The notes: generated from the sequence alone by a model not told the origin. 64,000 bases of DNA from Octopus sinensis (GCF_006345805.1 NC_043003.1:54870001-54934000), one strand, 5' to 3'; shown: positions 14,058 through 26,936, counted from the first letter of the stretch. A program made the numbers and translations.

Positions 14058-16381
14058 ATATATATATATATATATATATATATCTATATATATCCAATGT
14101 AACATTGATGTCTTGCTAGAACACAATGAGAGATTCTCTCAAAAGGCGATTGGTGCATGCAAGTACAGAGAGCGTAACAGACGAAAATTATCGGTCATGG
14201 GTGCCGGAACTTCCCTATAACGTTATTATATGCCAGTGGAAATCACCAAACGGGCAAGTACCATTCTTATGTACTGGGGTCGATTTGTAGTCAAATGACT
14301 GAAACAAGTGAAAAATAACATGTGTTAATTTAATTAAAATTTTTAGCACTCACTCGCTTCTGAAAGTATTAGAGTTCTCTAGAGTTGTTGAGGTATGACA
14401 CACGTCATTTGTCAGAGTCCTTCACATTGTTCACAGGAAAATAAAATCTCAGCATAGATAAGTCTTACTTCTAAGAAGAACAATCATCACTATGACTTCT
14501 TTTCTAAAACCTGAAGCTGCTACGTTGTTGCAAAAATTAACCTAAGTGTGAATACATTAAGCGGAGAGAGCAGTAAAAAGCTAATGGGATATAATTAAGT
14601 GAAGAGGGAAAATATAAACAATATTTATCACACTTCTTATCAACTAAACTATTAGAACAAGTACTGGAGACAACTGATGTCATGTTTGTGCAGTATTATG
14701 GCACATTGGGGAAACCTAGACTCCTACATTCTCATCGAGATTATGATGAACGTGTTATTGGTTGTCATAGAAAATTAGATTTTCCTATGGAATAAATTAC
14801 TTTGAAAGACCACTCACTTAAAAAGTAGTAGTTAAGTTAATGTTAACATTCTTTATGCAGAGAGTATTAAACTGCTAAATGGATATTGCTATAAAGCAAG
14901 GAAGAGCAATCAATATTTCTGAATTACAAATATTGCTGTTTTTATTTTGATGTATATGGATGAGAACTCTGAGCGCGTCATAGATTTCACGCTATGTGCA
15001 GATATATTGTTGAGAGCATCACTAATCAAATATGTAAGACCTTACAGTGGTATGTGCAGAAATAATATGAGATTATGGATAATAAAGAACTGATGCTATT
15101 TCTTGAACGTAGGCTTTAGAGAAGTTTCGTCCACGAAGAAAATAACAAAAAAAAAGAAGAATCAAAGAAATACAGAGACATATACTAGCAGCTGAGTAAA
15201 TTAGAGGACAACTAGATTGGGCGACAGAACACCGGTAAATTAAGTGAGATTTTGTGCGCATATTTACACATGCGTAACATTAGGTGCCTCTAAACGGGGA
15301 AACGGAAACCGAAACCTAAATGAGTGTTACTGTCGTTGAACTCATATAATACCTGACCAACCAAGTCTATATTTACATGCATTTCAGTCGTAATCGTCTG
15401 TTTATTTGTTTCAGACATAGTGATTTTAAAGGACTTAGTTCGTCTTGAGGGTTCGTCATATTCTTGAAGTTGAATTGTGGTTTGTGAAAACATTTATTGT
15501 GCCATTTATAGACAGTAAACCAGCATAGACGAGAATTTTTAATCTCACATCTTAACGAAGCTGAAATGGAACAGAAGCAGTGTTCTTCAATATCTTTCTG
15601 ATTTTTGCTAAAAGGGATGTCTGAAGTTGTTTTTTAGACGCAACATTTGCTTATATTATTTTTAGTATTTAACCCTGGGACATCTTTTATTAAACACAGC
15701 TATTACTAATGGTGATCCAGGCATGACCATCTTAGTTTTGTGTTTATTTATGATTATATTATCCTCTGTGGTGTTCCATGATTTCTATGTTGTTTAAGCT
15801 CCGTTTGCAACCTATTATTGACCGATGTTTTAAAACATTTGGTACATCTGATATATGTTACACTGCAGTGTTCATTGCGATCTATTCTCAATCCATGTAA
15901 ACAACATTTTATATTCAGTGCTAGTATTTCTTTTATTTAATTGTTTATTTTAATTTTCGTAAGTTATATTTCGAAATGTTTCTTTTAAAAATTTATTATT
16001 AATCACTGAACGAACACATATATACACACAAACATGCACACCCATATATACATACATACATCCATACATATATATACGCATTTGTAATTTAAAGTAATAT
16101 AATAATATGTGTGTGTATAAAATAGTTATATACATATATGTATATACAGAAACAGTTATATATATATATATATATATATACAGAAATAGATATATATATA
16201 TATATAATTATATATATACTTATATATACACACATACACAGATGCATACAGACGCACACACATGCACACACAAAACACACACACACACATCTGTAAGTAT
16301 TTAGGCTTATTTAATTATACATATGTATGTGTCCCTGTGGCTGCGTCTGTATGCATCTGTGTGTGTATGTGTGTATATTAA

Positions 16382-16416
<35 letters not shown>

Positions 16417-16910
16417 TCTGTATATACATATATGTATAAAACTATTTTATAGACACACACATATATAACTGTATTTACATTAAATCACGTTACATTATAT
16501 ATTGTATTATATTATTTGACCGTCTATGTTACTCTACTGTACATTCCTGCTATTCCACCATTATTATTCCCCTGTTATTTTGCGAAATATCTTCCTGTAC
16601 TCCATTGATGCTCTTACAAAAAATTTGGATCTTATGAACAATAGTTTTTTTTTTTTTTTTTTTTATCAGCCACATTTCGGAAGTAGTTTTTCGCAGTGTG
16701 CTTCCCGTGGATCGTAAATATATAAAAAAATGAAAACGAATTGTAAAACAGTCAAATTAGAGCAAAAAATATAAAATAAACATTTATGATTTGTGAATTT
16801 TCAGCTTCAAAGCAGAAATAATAAATACTAATTCTGTGAATTTTTCGTGTGGTTGCAAAGCACTAACGAGCACGCACCCACAATCACACACATATGCTCA
16901 CAAGTATATA

Positions 16911-17292
16911 TATATTGATTTAGAGATAGTAGGCCCCTACATCTGACCATATAAAAGGAATTTTAATTTTTATTTTAAATACCTACTGTTTTATTACTTG
17001 GCAACACGTGTTTCATGAGGTGTGATATAAGGGCATGATGATTGGGCTGGCATTTTAAGAAGGGTTCCCGGAAAACACGGAGTGGCTTAGGAATCTGAGG
17101 ATGTACCTCATGAAACACGTGTTGCCAAGTAATAAAAGAGTAGGTATGTAAAATAAAAATAAAAATTCTTTTTATACGTTGAGATGTAGGGGCCTACTAT
17201 CTCTAAATCAAAATATATTTCTTCATTGAGAATAATTTGAACCTCTGTTATGCCGGAATTTTTATTCCCTAAAACATAATATTTAACTAAAA
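16911..17292. mobile_element. Fold-back element (arms 16911-17021 / 17105-17211) with degenerate hammerhead ~17083-17130
   Basis: ~110-bp inverted repeat. TGGC..TGAGG-ATGTA-CCTCA-T-GAAA(17112-15)-CACGTG-TT-GCCA. (TA)n flanks. Confidence 0.7.
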
Positions 17293-17306
17293 AATATATA
17301 TATATA

Positions 17307-18128
17307 TGAGGGGGTACCCAAAAGAACCCGGAATTTTGCAATATCATTGTATTCACTTAGTCTTACATGTTTACGCTTCTATCGCTTTCAAAATATTTGC
17401 GTTTTTCATTATTCGAAGCAGTGCTGGATTCTTGCGAACTGATGCTTTTTAACGCCTCCATCATTATTTTCTTCGCCTCTTCCACATCTGCAAATTCCGT
17501 AATATCAACTTTCCTCACCAGAGATGACCTTCGAAAAAATCATCCGGATCAACTTCCAACTCTTATTTCAGTTCACGAGTCGCATTCAGTCGTGACTGCT
17601 TTTAATCGTGGCACAATGTTACTGCAACTCTTTTCATTCGCCATTCCTCGCCCAAAATTCGTTGGCAGGAGCTCCAGCACACACTAGTCTCATCAACAAG
17701 TTCATCAATTTTTCGGTGATGGTCTCCCAAGATCAGTTTATGAATTTTAATGATGGTTTCATTTGTTCGGGAAGCCATCCTGAATAAGATAAATCTTCAA
17801 GCGACTAGTGGCCTTTCGTAAATCATGCAAATCACTCGTAATCTCGTAAGCAGCGTCCTATTAAGCTGATGGAAGCATGAGAGCTGTTTCGGTCGCCGTT
17901 TTTCCCAACAGAAAACAGAATTATTACTCCTTCGTTTCAGCGATCGTAAACACTCGACTACAGGGGAGAAGCGCTGCAAAATACAGACGTACCACGTGGG
18001 AGTGTGAAACAACAGAGCGAACCAATCGGCACACCTATGCATGCCTGATGGTCGCATCAAGTGAATTTTAGCGGCGTAAGCCTGAACTACAAAGGGCTTG
18101 TCCCGCCGGTTACTTTTGGATACGACGT
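17307..18128 (-). mobile_element. Internally deleted mariner
   Basis: Ends TGAGGGGGTACCCAAAAGAACCCGG / CCGGTTACTTTTGGATACGACG with TA flanks. Minus-strand fragments GKTATET, IHKLILGDHHRKIDELVDET, RILGEEWRMKRV match the mariner N-terminus. Confidence 0.75.
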
Positions 18129-18447
18129 ATATATATATATATATGTGTGTGTGTATGTGTATATATGTGTATCATTATTGCGTATGTATACATGTATATG
18201 TGTATATGTATGTGTGTGTGTGTGTGTATATGTGTAATATATGTATATATGTGGGGGGTAGGGTATATGTATATATATATATATAATATATATATATATG
18301 TATTATATATTATGTATGTGTATATATATATATGTATGTGTGTATGTATATGTGTATGTGTGTGTGTACATGTATATATATGTGTGTGTGTATATATATA
18401 TATGTTTATGTGAGTATGTAGAGATATAATATATGCATGTGTTATAC

Positions 18448-18481
<34 letters not shown>

Positions 18482-19495
18482 GTATGGGTAGGGTATCCGT
18501 GTAATATGTATGTGTGTGTGTATGTATATGTATGTATGTGTGTATATATGTATGTGTATATGTGTATATATGTGTATATATATATATATATATGTATGTA
18601 TGTGTATGTGTATGGGTGTGTAGGTGTGCATGTATGTGTATGTGTATATGTGTATATATAGTTTGGGTATATATATGTATATATATATATGTGTATATAT
18701 GTATATATATATGTATATATGAGTGCGCGTGTGTGTATGTATGCATATATGTATGTATGCATGTATATGTGTATGTATATATGTGTGTAAGTGTGTGCAT
18801 ATATGTATATGTAAGTATGTGCGCGTGTATGAGTATGTATGTATGCTTGCACACGTGTATATATATGTGGTTGTGTGTATATATATGGAGCGCGTGCGTG
18901 CGTGCACGTGTATGGGTACGCATGTGTATATGTGTATGTGCGTGTATGTGTATGTATGCATATATGTATGTATGCATGTATATGTGTATGTATATTGTGC
19001 GTAAGTGTGTGCATATATGTATAGGTAAGTATGTGTGCGTGTGTATGAGTATGTATGTATGCTTGCACACGTGTATATATGTGTGTGTGTGTGTATATAT
19101 TGGATGCATGTGCGTGTGTGCACGTGTATGGGTACGCATGTATATGTGTATGTGCGTGTATGCGTATACGTGTATGTATGTATGTGTGGGTATATTTGTA
19201 TATGTATGTGTGAGTGTGTAATATATATATATATATATAGATATATATTATAATATATATATATATATATATAATATATATAGATGGGGGGTGTTTGTAT
19301 GCGTATAAATGCATGTAAGATGGATGTATGGATGTATGTATGTATGTTTACGTATGTATGTGTTGGTGTGTATATGTATGTAGTTGTTGTGTATGTATGT
19401 GTGTGTATATGTATATATATATATGTGTGTAATATGTTTTGTGTATGTATATATGTGTATGTATGTGTGTGTATATATATGTGTGTGTGTGTATG

Positions 19496-19531
<36 letters not shown>

Positions 19532-19997
19532 GTATATATATATATATATTATATATGTATGTGTGTGTATTGTATATATATATGGGTATGTATCTGTATG
19601 TAGGAGATATATGTGTGTGTGTGTGTGTATGTGATATGTGTATATATATTATATATATATATATATGTATATTTATTGGTGTATATATATAGACTAGCCT
19701 CCTAAAGTGTAGACATGAATCTGTAGGTACGAGTACGTATGTGTATATACGTGAACGTATGTAGATGTTTGTATGTATGAATATAACGTGTGCGTACGTG
19801 TATGTGTATGAGTGTACGAATGGGTGTATGTACGTGCTAATGAGTGTGCGTGCGGGAACGAGTACTTGCCTTCTAGTAGACAGACAATTGGACCTGCTGC
19901 CATCGCCAGGTCCTTAGCCCTAGCGATCAAAGATAACAAAAGTAATAAATGAAGATAATAAAATTAAAATTAGGGAATGGGCCTGTATTTGATCGTG

Positions 19998-20034
<37 letters not shown>

Positions 20035-20387
20035 GTGTATGTGTAGGTATGTATAGGCACACATGTGTACGTATGTGTGTGTGTATGTATATGTGTTTAT
20101 GTAAGTATGTGCACACATTTTATTTTTTTTATTTTTATTTTTATTTTTTTTTTTATTTTTATATATTTTTTTTATTTATTTTTTTTTTTTTTATTTTTTA
20201 TATTTTATTTTTTTTTTTATTTTTTATTTTATTTTTTATTTATCTATTCTTTCATCTAACTTACCACTGACTCCTTGACCACTCCCCCAAGTATGATATT
20301 TGCGCTATGCCTCCCCCCAAAAAAGTCCCCCACCACCACTCCTTTAAACCTGCCTAAATGTATAAATGCTAATACAATTCTTGTTAA

Positions 20388-20525
20388 ATAGCTCCTGAAG
20401 ATTTCTCTTGAATGAAACAGTACTAGTCCTGTAGAAGCTCCTTCTATATAATAAATTACTTTTACTCTGCATGTATTGAGTGACCTTACTTACTGTGGTT
20501 AACCCCGGATCAACCCGGGACCTAC
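20388..20525 (+). ncRNA. Hammerhead-bearing short element family C (ribozyme ~20390-20440), 3' end at (TA)n
   Basis: AGCTC-CTGAAGA(20395-401)-TTTCTCTTGAAT-GAAA(20414-17)-CAG..CTG-TA-GAAGCT. Close match to 40829-40964, same 3' end GGGACCTAC|ATA. Confidence 0.8.
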
Positions 20526-20934
20526 ATATATATATATATAGGAAAGAATTGGGGAACACATTTCAAAGGTCAGGTCATTTATCAAATTAAGTCATTTCGC
20601 ATCATAGGCATATTCATAAACAGTATCAATTCAAGTACAAATATACAAATCATGAAAGCTGATAAGGGGTCCTGACCTTGCAAATCTTTTCTCCATTCTT
20701 GCCTATATTCTTATTGTTCCTTAAGACCGCCAATGAGTTGCGCTGTATGAAAGGATATCATATTGATATACTTCTCTTAATTATTCCATATATATATATA
20801 TATACATATATATATAACAATTTAGGAGTGACCCTAACAGGTCATTCGTCCACCAGAAAGAGCAGCCATAACTCACACCGCCAAGTAGTAGTATTCAGAA
20901 TTAGGTGAAAATTAAAAACATTTACCCCAATTCA

Positions 20935-21033
20935 TCTTTTAGACGTTGCAACGTTTCTGTGTCATTAATGATTAATTAGCTTAATTAATTAAATTAAGCC
21001 AATCTACCATAGGTTACACTTCATCAGTAAAAA
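20935..21033 (-). ncRNA. Type I hammerhead motif (family B copy 1)
   Basis: Reverse complement of TTTTA-CTGATGA-AGTGT...ACACA-GAAA-CGTTGCAACG-TC-TAAAA; TCATCAG at 21021-27. Confidence 0.82.
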
Positions 21034-21384
21034 CCTGGGAGAGACAAATATACACGAGCCGTCTGTATCGATGCCTACGGAATTAGTCTTAAAATTTTCA
21101 AGACTGACGTATTCGCGCCAAACTTATCAGCAGTAAATATAAACTGCCGATTCAATCTCAGAATTATTCAGAAAATTATCAATAGTCAATTAGGGTAGCA
21201 AAAAATTCAATAGAAATTTATCGCTACCAGCGGCCTGATGGAAAAGAGAAAATAGTCAACGACTAAATATATATATATAACAATTTAGGATAAGTTTGGC
21301 GCGAATACGTCAGTCTTGAAAATTTTAAGACTATATTCCGTAGGCATCGATACAGACGCCTCGTGTATATTTGTCTCTCCCAGG

Positions 21385-21486
21385 TTTTTTACTGATGAAG
21401 TGTAACCTATGGTAGATTGGCTTAATTTAATTTAATTAAGCTAATTTAATCATTAATGACACAGAAACGTTGCAACGTCTAAAAGA
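21385..21486 (+). ncRNA. Type I hammerhead motif (family B copy 2)
   Basis: CTGATGA 21392-98, GAAA 21464-67, palindromic ACGTTGCAACGT stem III, GTC 21477-79, stem I TTTTTA/TAAAAG. A.A mismatch at the base of stem II. Confidence 0.82.
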
Positions 21487-21857
21487 TGAATTGGGGTAAA
21501 TGTTTTTAAATTTTCACCTAATTTCTGAATTACTACTACTTGGCGGTGTGAGTTATGGCTGCTCTTTCTGGTGGACGAATGACCTGTTAGGGTCACTCCT
21601 AAATTGTTATATATATATATTTAGTCGTTGACTATTTTCTCTTTTCCATCAGGCCGCTGGTAGCGATAAATTTCTATTGAATTTTTTTGCTACCCTATAT
21701 TGACTAATTGATAATTTTCTGAATAATTCTGAGATTGAATCGGCAGTTTATATTTACTGCTGATAAGTTTGGCGCGAATACGTCAGTCTTGAAAATTTTA
21801 AGACTATATTCCGTAGGCATCGATACAGACGGCTCGTGTATATTTGTCTCTCCCAGG

Positions 21858-21959
21858 TTTTTTACTGATGAAGTGTAACCTATGGTAGATTGGCTTAATT
21901 TAATTTAATTAAGCTAATTTAATCATTAATGACACAGAAACGTTGCAACGTCTAAAAGA
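21858..21959 (+). ncRNA. Type I hammerhead motif (family B copy 3)
   Basis: CTGATGA 21865-71, GAAA 21937-40, GTC 21950-52. Confidence 0.82.
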
Positions 21960-22173
21960 TGAATTGGGGTAAATGTTTTTAATTTTCACCTAATTCTGAA
22001 TTACTACTACTTGGCGGTGTGAGTTATGGCTGCTCTTTCTGGTGGACGAATGACCTGTTAGGGTCCTCCTAAATTGTTATATATATATATTTAGTCGTTG
22101 ACTATTTTCTCTTTTCCATCAGGCCGCTGGTAGCGATAAATTTCTATTGAATTTTTTTGCTACCCTATATTGA

Positions 22174-22215
<42 letters not shown>

Positions 22216-22298
22216 TAGATAGATAGATACGGTCGGTCATGTTCATCTGTCTTCCCGCTTAGTCTGTTAAGACTTATCATAACTCAAAGCTAGCCTAC

Positions 22299-22560
22299 TA
22301 TGTTCGTCTGATAGACGAAAAACCCTTTCTGTTATATATTTATGCTGTAAACGTACAATTGTTTTCTTTTTGTTGAACAACCAAAGTCGATTATCTATTG
22401 TATGTGCATAATACTTTTTTCTATTGCACTTGTATTATTATTTCATCATGTTATGTTCGTCTGATAGTCGAAAGACCTATTCTGTTATTTATTTATTTGT
22501 AAATGTACAATTATTTTCCTTTTGCTGCATAGCCGAATGCCGTATGTCTGTTGTATGGGA
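22299..22560 (+). repeat. Diverged ~153-bp tandem duplication
   Basis: TATGTTCGTCTGATAG..GAAA at ~22299 and ~22452, with collinear downstream similarity. Confidence 0.75.
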
Positions 22561-22983
22561 ATAATTCTAGCTTTATTGCTCTCGTTTTCGTTCTTATATA
22601 CATTAGTTTTTTTGGGTTTTTTTCCAGAAACTTAATCTTTTTAGCTTAATGCTCTGGTGCTTGCCGGATTCGAGAAGTGGCAGTGATCAACAAGCACGAA
22701 ACTGCTAGGACCTTCCGGACACTGACTGACGCGGAAATCGGCCGCGAAAGGTACATGTATATTGATTTTGTCGGGTTTCCCGTTTGTTATGTTATCGTCT
22801 ATTTTTCCGTATGCTGTTTTTGTTGGATTTCTGCTTGTGTTTTTTTCTTTCTTACACTTGATTCATATATATATAAACTTTCACAGATATTCAATCTATG
22901 TTCACTGTGTAACTTGCATCGACTTGTGTCGCCTTCTTCTTGCTTTCCTGCTTTTCATATTTAATTTTCCTGTATATATCTTC

Positions 22984-23203
22984 AAGGCAGAAATATATAG
23001 CTCGCTTAAGTGGTAAAGAGTGTTACTCAGCACTAGTATTACTAGAAATAAACAACTGAGTAGCCATAGAAGGCACTATCTTAATGACATGTCATTAAGA
23101 TAATGCCTTCTATGCCTATTAAAATGGTTTGACTTTTATTTCTAGCAATACTACTGCTGAGCATTGCCCTTTGTCACTTAAGTGACGTATATATTTCTGC
23201 CTT
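22984..23203. mobile_element. Palindromic fold-back/MITE-like element; partial third arm ~23433-23527
   Basis: AAGGCAGAAATATATA...TTAATGACA|TGTCATTAA...TATATATTTCTGCCTT, no spacer. Confidence 0.8.
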
Positions 23204-23542
23204 TAGGATGTAAAATTGCAAATTAGACACCCATATTATTTATTATTTTCACGTTTACCGTTTATGAAATCAGAGTATGATTTCAACGAATATCTTACGA
23301 GCTGAGTTCAAACCTAGGCACAGCGAAAGCCACTGATGAGCATTAAGATGCGTAAGCATAAAAATGCAAAATCATCTATGATCTCCCTATTCCTGCTGCT
23401 GTAAGGAGACAACCTGCCATGTTAGTCTACAAGATAGTGCATTCTCTGGCTATTGATTGTTTTGCATCTTATTTCTAGCAATGCTGGTGCGGATTAGTAC
23501 CGCCTTTGTCACTTTATAAGCGTATATATATATATATATATT

Positions 23543-24165
23543 GGTGGGTGGGCATATGCTGTGCTTGAGAAAATCCGGCAAGCCAAGTGAGACCATAACC
23601 TCGTGGCCTATGCCAGGTGTGTAACCAGCCCACTTATGCGTACCTTTCCTTCATTGGACACTAAACTCTGCTTGCGAAGGCCTGTTGAGGTAAGTAAAAT
23701 TAAAATCGAAATCAAATTCGATGACTGGCATTCGTGCTAGCAGACTGCTAAGAGCAGCATCTGAGCGTGATCGTTGCCAGAGCAGCTAACTGGCTTCCGT
23801 GCCATAGATGGTAAAAAGCACCATTCGAGCGTGATCGTTACCAAAGTCGCCTTACTGCAACTTGAACCGGTGGCACGTGAAACAACATTCCATCGAGGTC
23901 GCTGGACTGGCTCCTGTGCAGGTGGCACGTAAAAACACCATTTGAGTGTGGCCGTTGCCAGTACCGCCAGACTGGCTCTCGTGCCGGTGGCACATAAAAG
24001 CACCCACTACACTCTTGGAGTGGTTGGCGTTAGGAAGGGCATCCAGCTGTAGAAACTCTGCTAGATCAAGATTGGAGCCCGGTGCACCAATCTGGTTCGC
24101 CAGTCCTCAGCCAAATCGTCTAACCCGTTATAGCATGGAAAACAGAAGTTAAACGATGGTGATGA

Positions 24166-24167
<2 letters not shown>
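23543..24167 (+). mobile_element. RTE-related SINE/non-autonomous element with internal ~55-60-bp repeats and (GAT)n tail
   Basis: Repeated GTGCmGGTGGCACrTAAAA-CACC units; GGTTGGCGTTAGGAAGGGCATCCAGCTGTAGAAAC block resembling RTE 5' regions; ends AAACGATGGTGATGAT. Confidence 0.75.
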
Positions 24168-24228
<61 letters not shown>

Positions 24229-24399
24229 ATCTATCTATCTATCTATTCATATATATATATATATTTAAAAGTTTGAAGTCAAACGATTTTTATTATTAAA
24301 AAGTGTAGTGAAATATCTATAAGAAAATATGTAATTCAAGTTTATTAGAACATGGAGCAAGAATGTCTTGTAGAATTTTCTATGAACATTTACTTTTTG

Positions 24400-24660
24400 A
24401 GTTCAAATCACATGAAGCTCAGTTTTGTCTTTTTTCCCGTTCGCGATCCATAGGGGAAGCAGTGGTCAGTTCTTATGGCTGGTATCATCGACTGTGACTC
24501 CCAACCCAAATTCCTGCCCTTCCTGCATGAAACCGTCCATGTTCTTTCTTTTTGATTCATGACAATAATGTCCGGTTTCTTACGTCTGGTTAGGTGATTG
24601 CACTGGGTCATCACATCCCACAAGATTTTGAAGTTCCCATTTTCGGTGACTGACACCTGT
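24400..24660 (-). mobile_element. R4/Dong-type (RLE) LINE fragment abutting (TAA)n
   Basis: ENGNFKILWDVMTQCNHLTRRKKPDIIVMNQKE is the ILWD...RPD restriction-like endonuclease motif; (TAA)n at 24661-24785. Confidence 0.8.
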
Positions 24661-24687
24661 ATATTATTATTATCATTATTATTATTA

Positions 24688-24763
<76 letters not shown>

Positions 24764-24938
24764 TATTATTATTATATTATTATTAAATTCCACCGAGGTC
24801 TACTTTGCTCCTCATCCTTTCGAGGTCGATAAATTATCTACCAGTTGAACAGTGGGGTTGATGTAATCGACACCTCCCCTCCACTAAAATGGCTGCCCTT
24901 GTGGCAAAATTTGAAACCATTATTATCATTACCAGTAC

Positions 24939-25006
<68 letters not shown>

Positions 25007-25689
25007 TCATCATCCCCATCATCATTATCAGCAGCAACATCCTCATCATAATCATCTTCACCATCATCATTATCATTATTATTACACGTTATGTTTAAAT
25101 ATGTCTAGGCTTGACAAGTCTTTAATATTTAAACTGATTACCCCACTCAAATATAAGAAAATTACCAAACATGAAACAACGTATTCGCGAGTACATCTAA
25201 TACAATTATTCCACTTGTATTTTCTACTGTCTCCACCAATTATCTAATACCTCGTTAAATAGTCTTACTGGTTTTCTCATTTACTTTTGATATGTCTCAG
25301 TGTTGTATCAGGCTTCGTCATTTCAGTTCAAAGAATTGGTAGTCTTGTCCTTCTAGAAATTTTCAACTGAATTTTGTACAATTCATTTCTGCAAAATATT
25401 TATTTTATATGCCTGCGATTAGTTGCAATGACAGCCATTGCAGATATAATTATTTCTACTTAACTACTTCAAATTTAGCGTAGATGCATTCTATCTATTT
25501 TTCTGTCTCCATCGCGCACGCATACATAAACACACATTAACACACAACAACATATACAGATACTAAACATAAAAATATACAAACAAACACCTACGCAGTG
25601 AGATAAAATTTATATATATGTATGTGTCCCTCTCTCTCTCTTTCTCTCTTTGTTTATATATATATATGTGTATGTATGTATGCGTGCGT

Positions 25690-25730
<41 letters not shown>

Positions 25731-25879
25731 GGATCTTCAAACATATTTAGATATTTTAGATATTAAAAACAAATTAAACATAATCTAATATAGAAGTGAA
25801 TATATGTACTTGAGTTACATATTTTCTTATTGCTGTTTCAATGAGATATTTAATAGTGAAAATCATTTGACTTAAAACT

Positions 25880-26779
25880 TTTGCTGAAGATCAAATAATT
25901 CCCAGACTAATCTTGTGGCGCGCCAACAGATGACAGCTCACTGTTGCATGCGCAGTGAGAGACAGCAGTGAACGTTATCTGGCAGTGTGCCAATGACATC
26001 GCTGTGTTTACTTCGCAAGTTCTGAAATTTGTATTTTTGTGATTACGTGTATACTGTAGTCTATGTTTCCGTCATGGACAGAAAGTTGGAACAAAGACCC
26101 TACATAAAATGCTTGCGTTAAAATTAGGAAGTCTGCTACAGAGACATTCAACACGCTTCGGGAAGCTCACTGCGACGAGGCAGTGGGTTGTACGCAATGT
26201 TTCGAGTGGCAAGGACATTCAAAAGCGGAATATCATCTCTGGAATCCATGAACGATCTGCCACGAGCCTTACCCCCGGAAATGTGGAGATAATTCATCAG
26301 CGTTTTTGCGTGAAGATCGTCGGAGGTCAATGAATGCCATAGTTGATGTTTTTGTACTGCCTGCACTGATCAGTAGGTTCCATGAATGCAATTCCTAACA
26401 TCTCAATTCTGCACGACGGCCTGGTACCCTGTCACCAAGCTTTTCTCATTCGCCGAAAAAACAACATGGTATTGCTTCTGCACCCGCCCCATTCGCCAGA
26501 TTTTGCACCTGCAGACCTCCATCTGTTCCAAAATTTAAATGCAGCTCAAAGGTCGCCGTATTATAACAAACATGTCGAGATCAAGAGCGATTTACAGATG
26601 ATCCTCGATGCATTTACGAAAACGGCTTCAACGCCGGACTCCAAAAGTGGCAACAACGATGATACCGGTATATTTTTGTGAAAGATGACTATTTCGAAGG
26701 AGACGATGTTAAAACTTAAGTACGTAAGTAATTTTTAATTAAACATAACTAGTCCGGGAACTCTTTGAACCAACTCGTA
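25880..26779 (+). mobile_element. Internally deleted mariner (DD34D)
   Basis: ATG at 26073 (MDRKLEQR..KSATETF..CFEW); HPPHSPDFAPAD; right TIR AGTCCGGGAACTCTTTGAACCAACTCG-TA; degenerate left TIR near 25880-25908. Confidence 0.85.
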
Positions 26780-26936
26780 TTAGATTGATGGTCAGCGAAA
26801 GTTTTAATATCTATAAAATCGTCAATAGCTTGTTTATTTTTGTTTTTTATTTATTCTTAGTGTTGCTTAATACGTTTTGCTAACATTGCTGTTTCTTTTC
26901 TGATATCATCAGAAAAAGTAATTAAAATTCATTAAA

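Larger units (their letters stand above)
20806..22177. mobile_element. ~473-bp hammerhead repeat array: one inverted unit (20806-21290, -) plus ~1.9 tandem units (21289-22177, +), inside (TA)n (family B)
   Basis: GATAAGTTTGGCGCG at 21289 and 21762 (period 473). Units nearly identical and joined by a short (TA)n (21608-21620, 22078-22090). Confidence 0.95.

Noticed and set aside
14440-15250. Possible decayed integrase/transposase
   Set aside because: No diagnostic motif could be read with confidence.
22715-22762. CTGACTGAC-GCGG..CCGC-GAAA hammerhead-like string
   Set aside because: Core spacing is wrong and stems I and III are not convincing.
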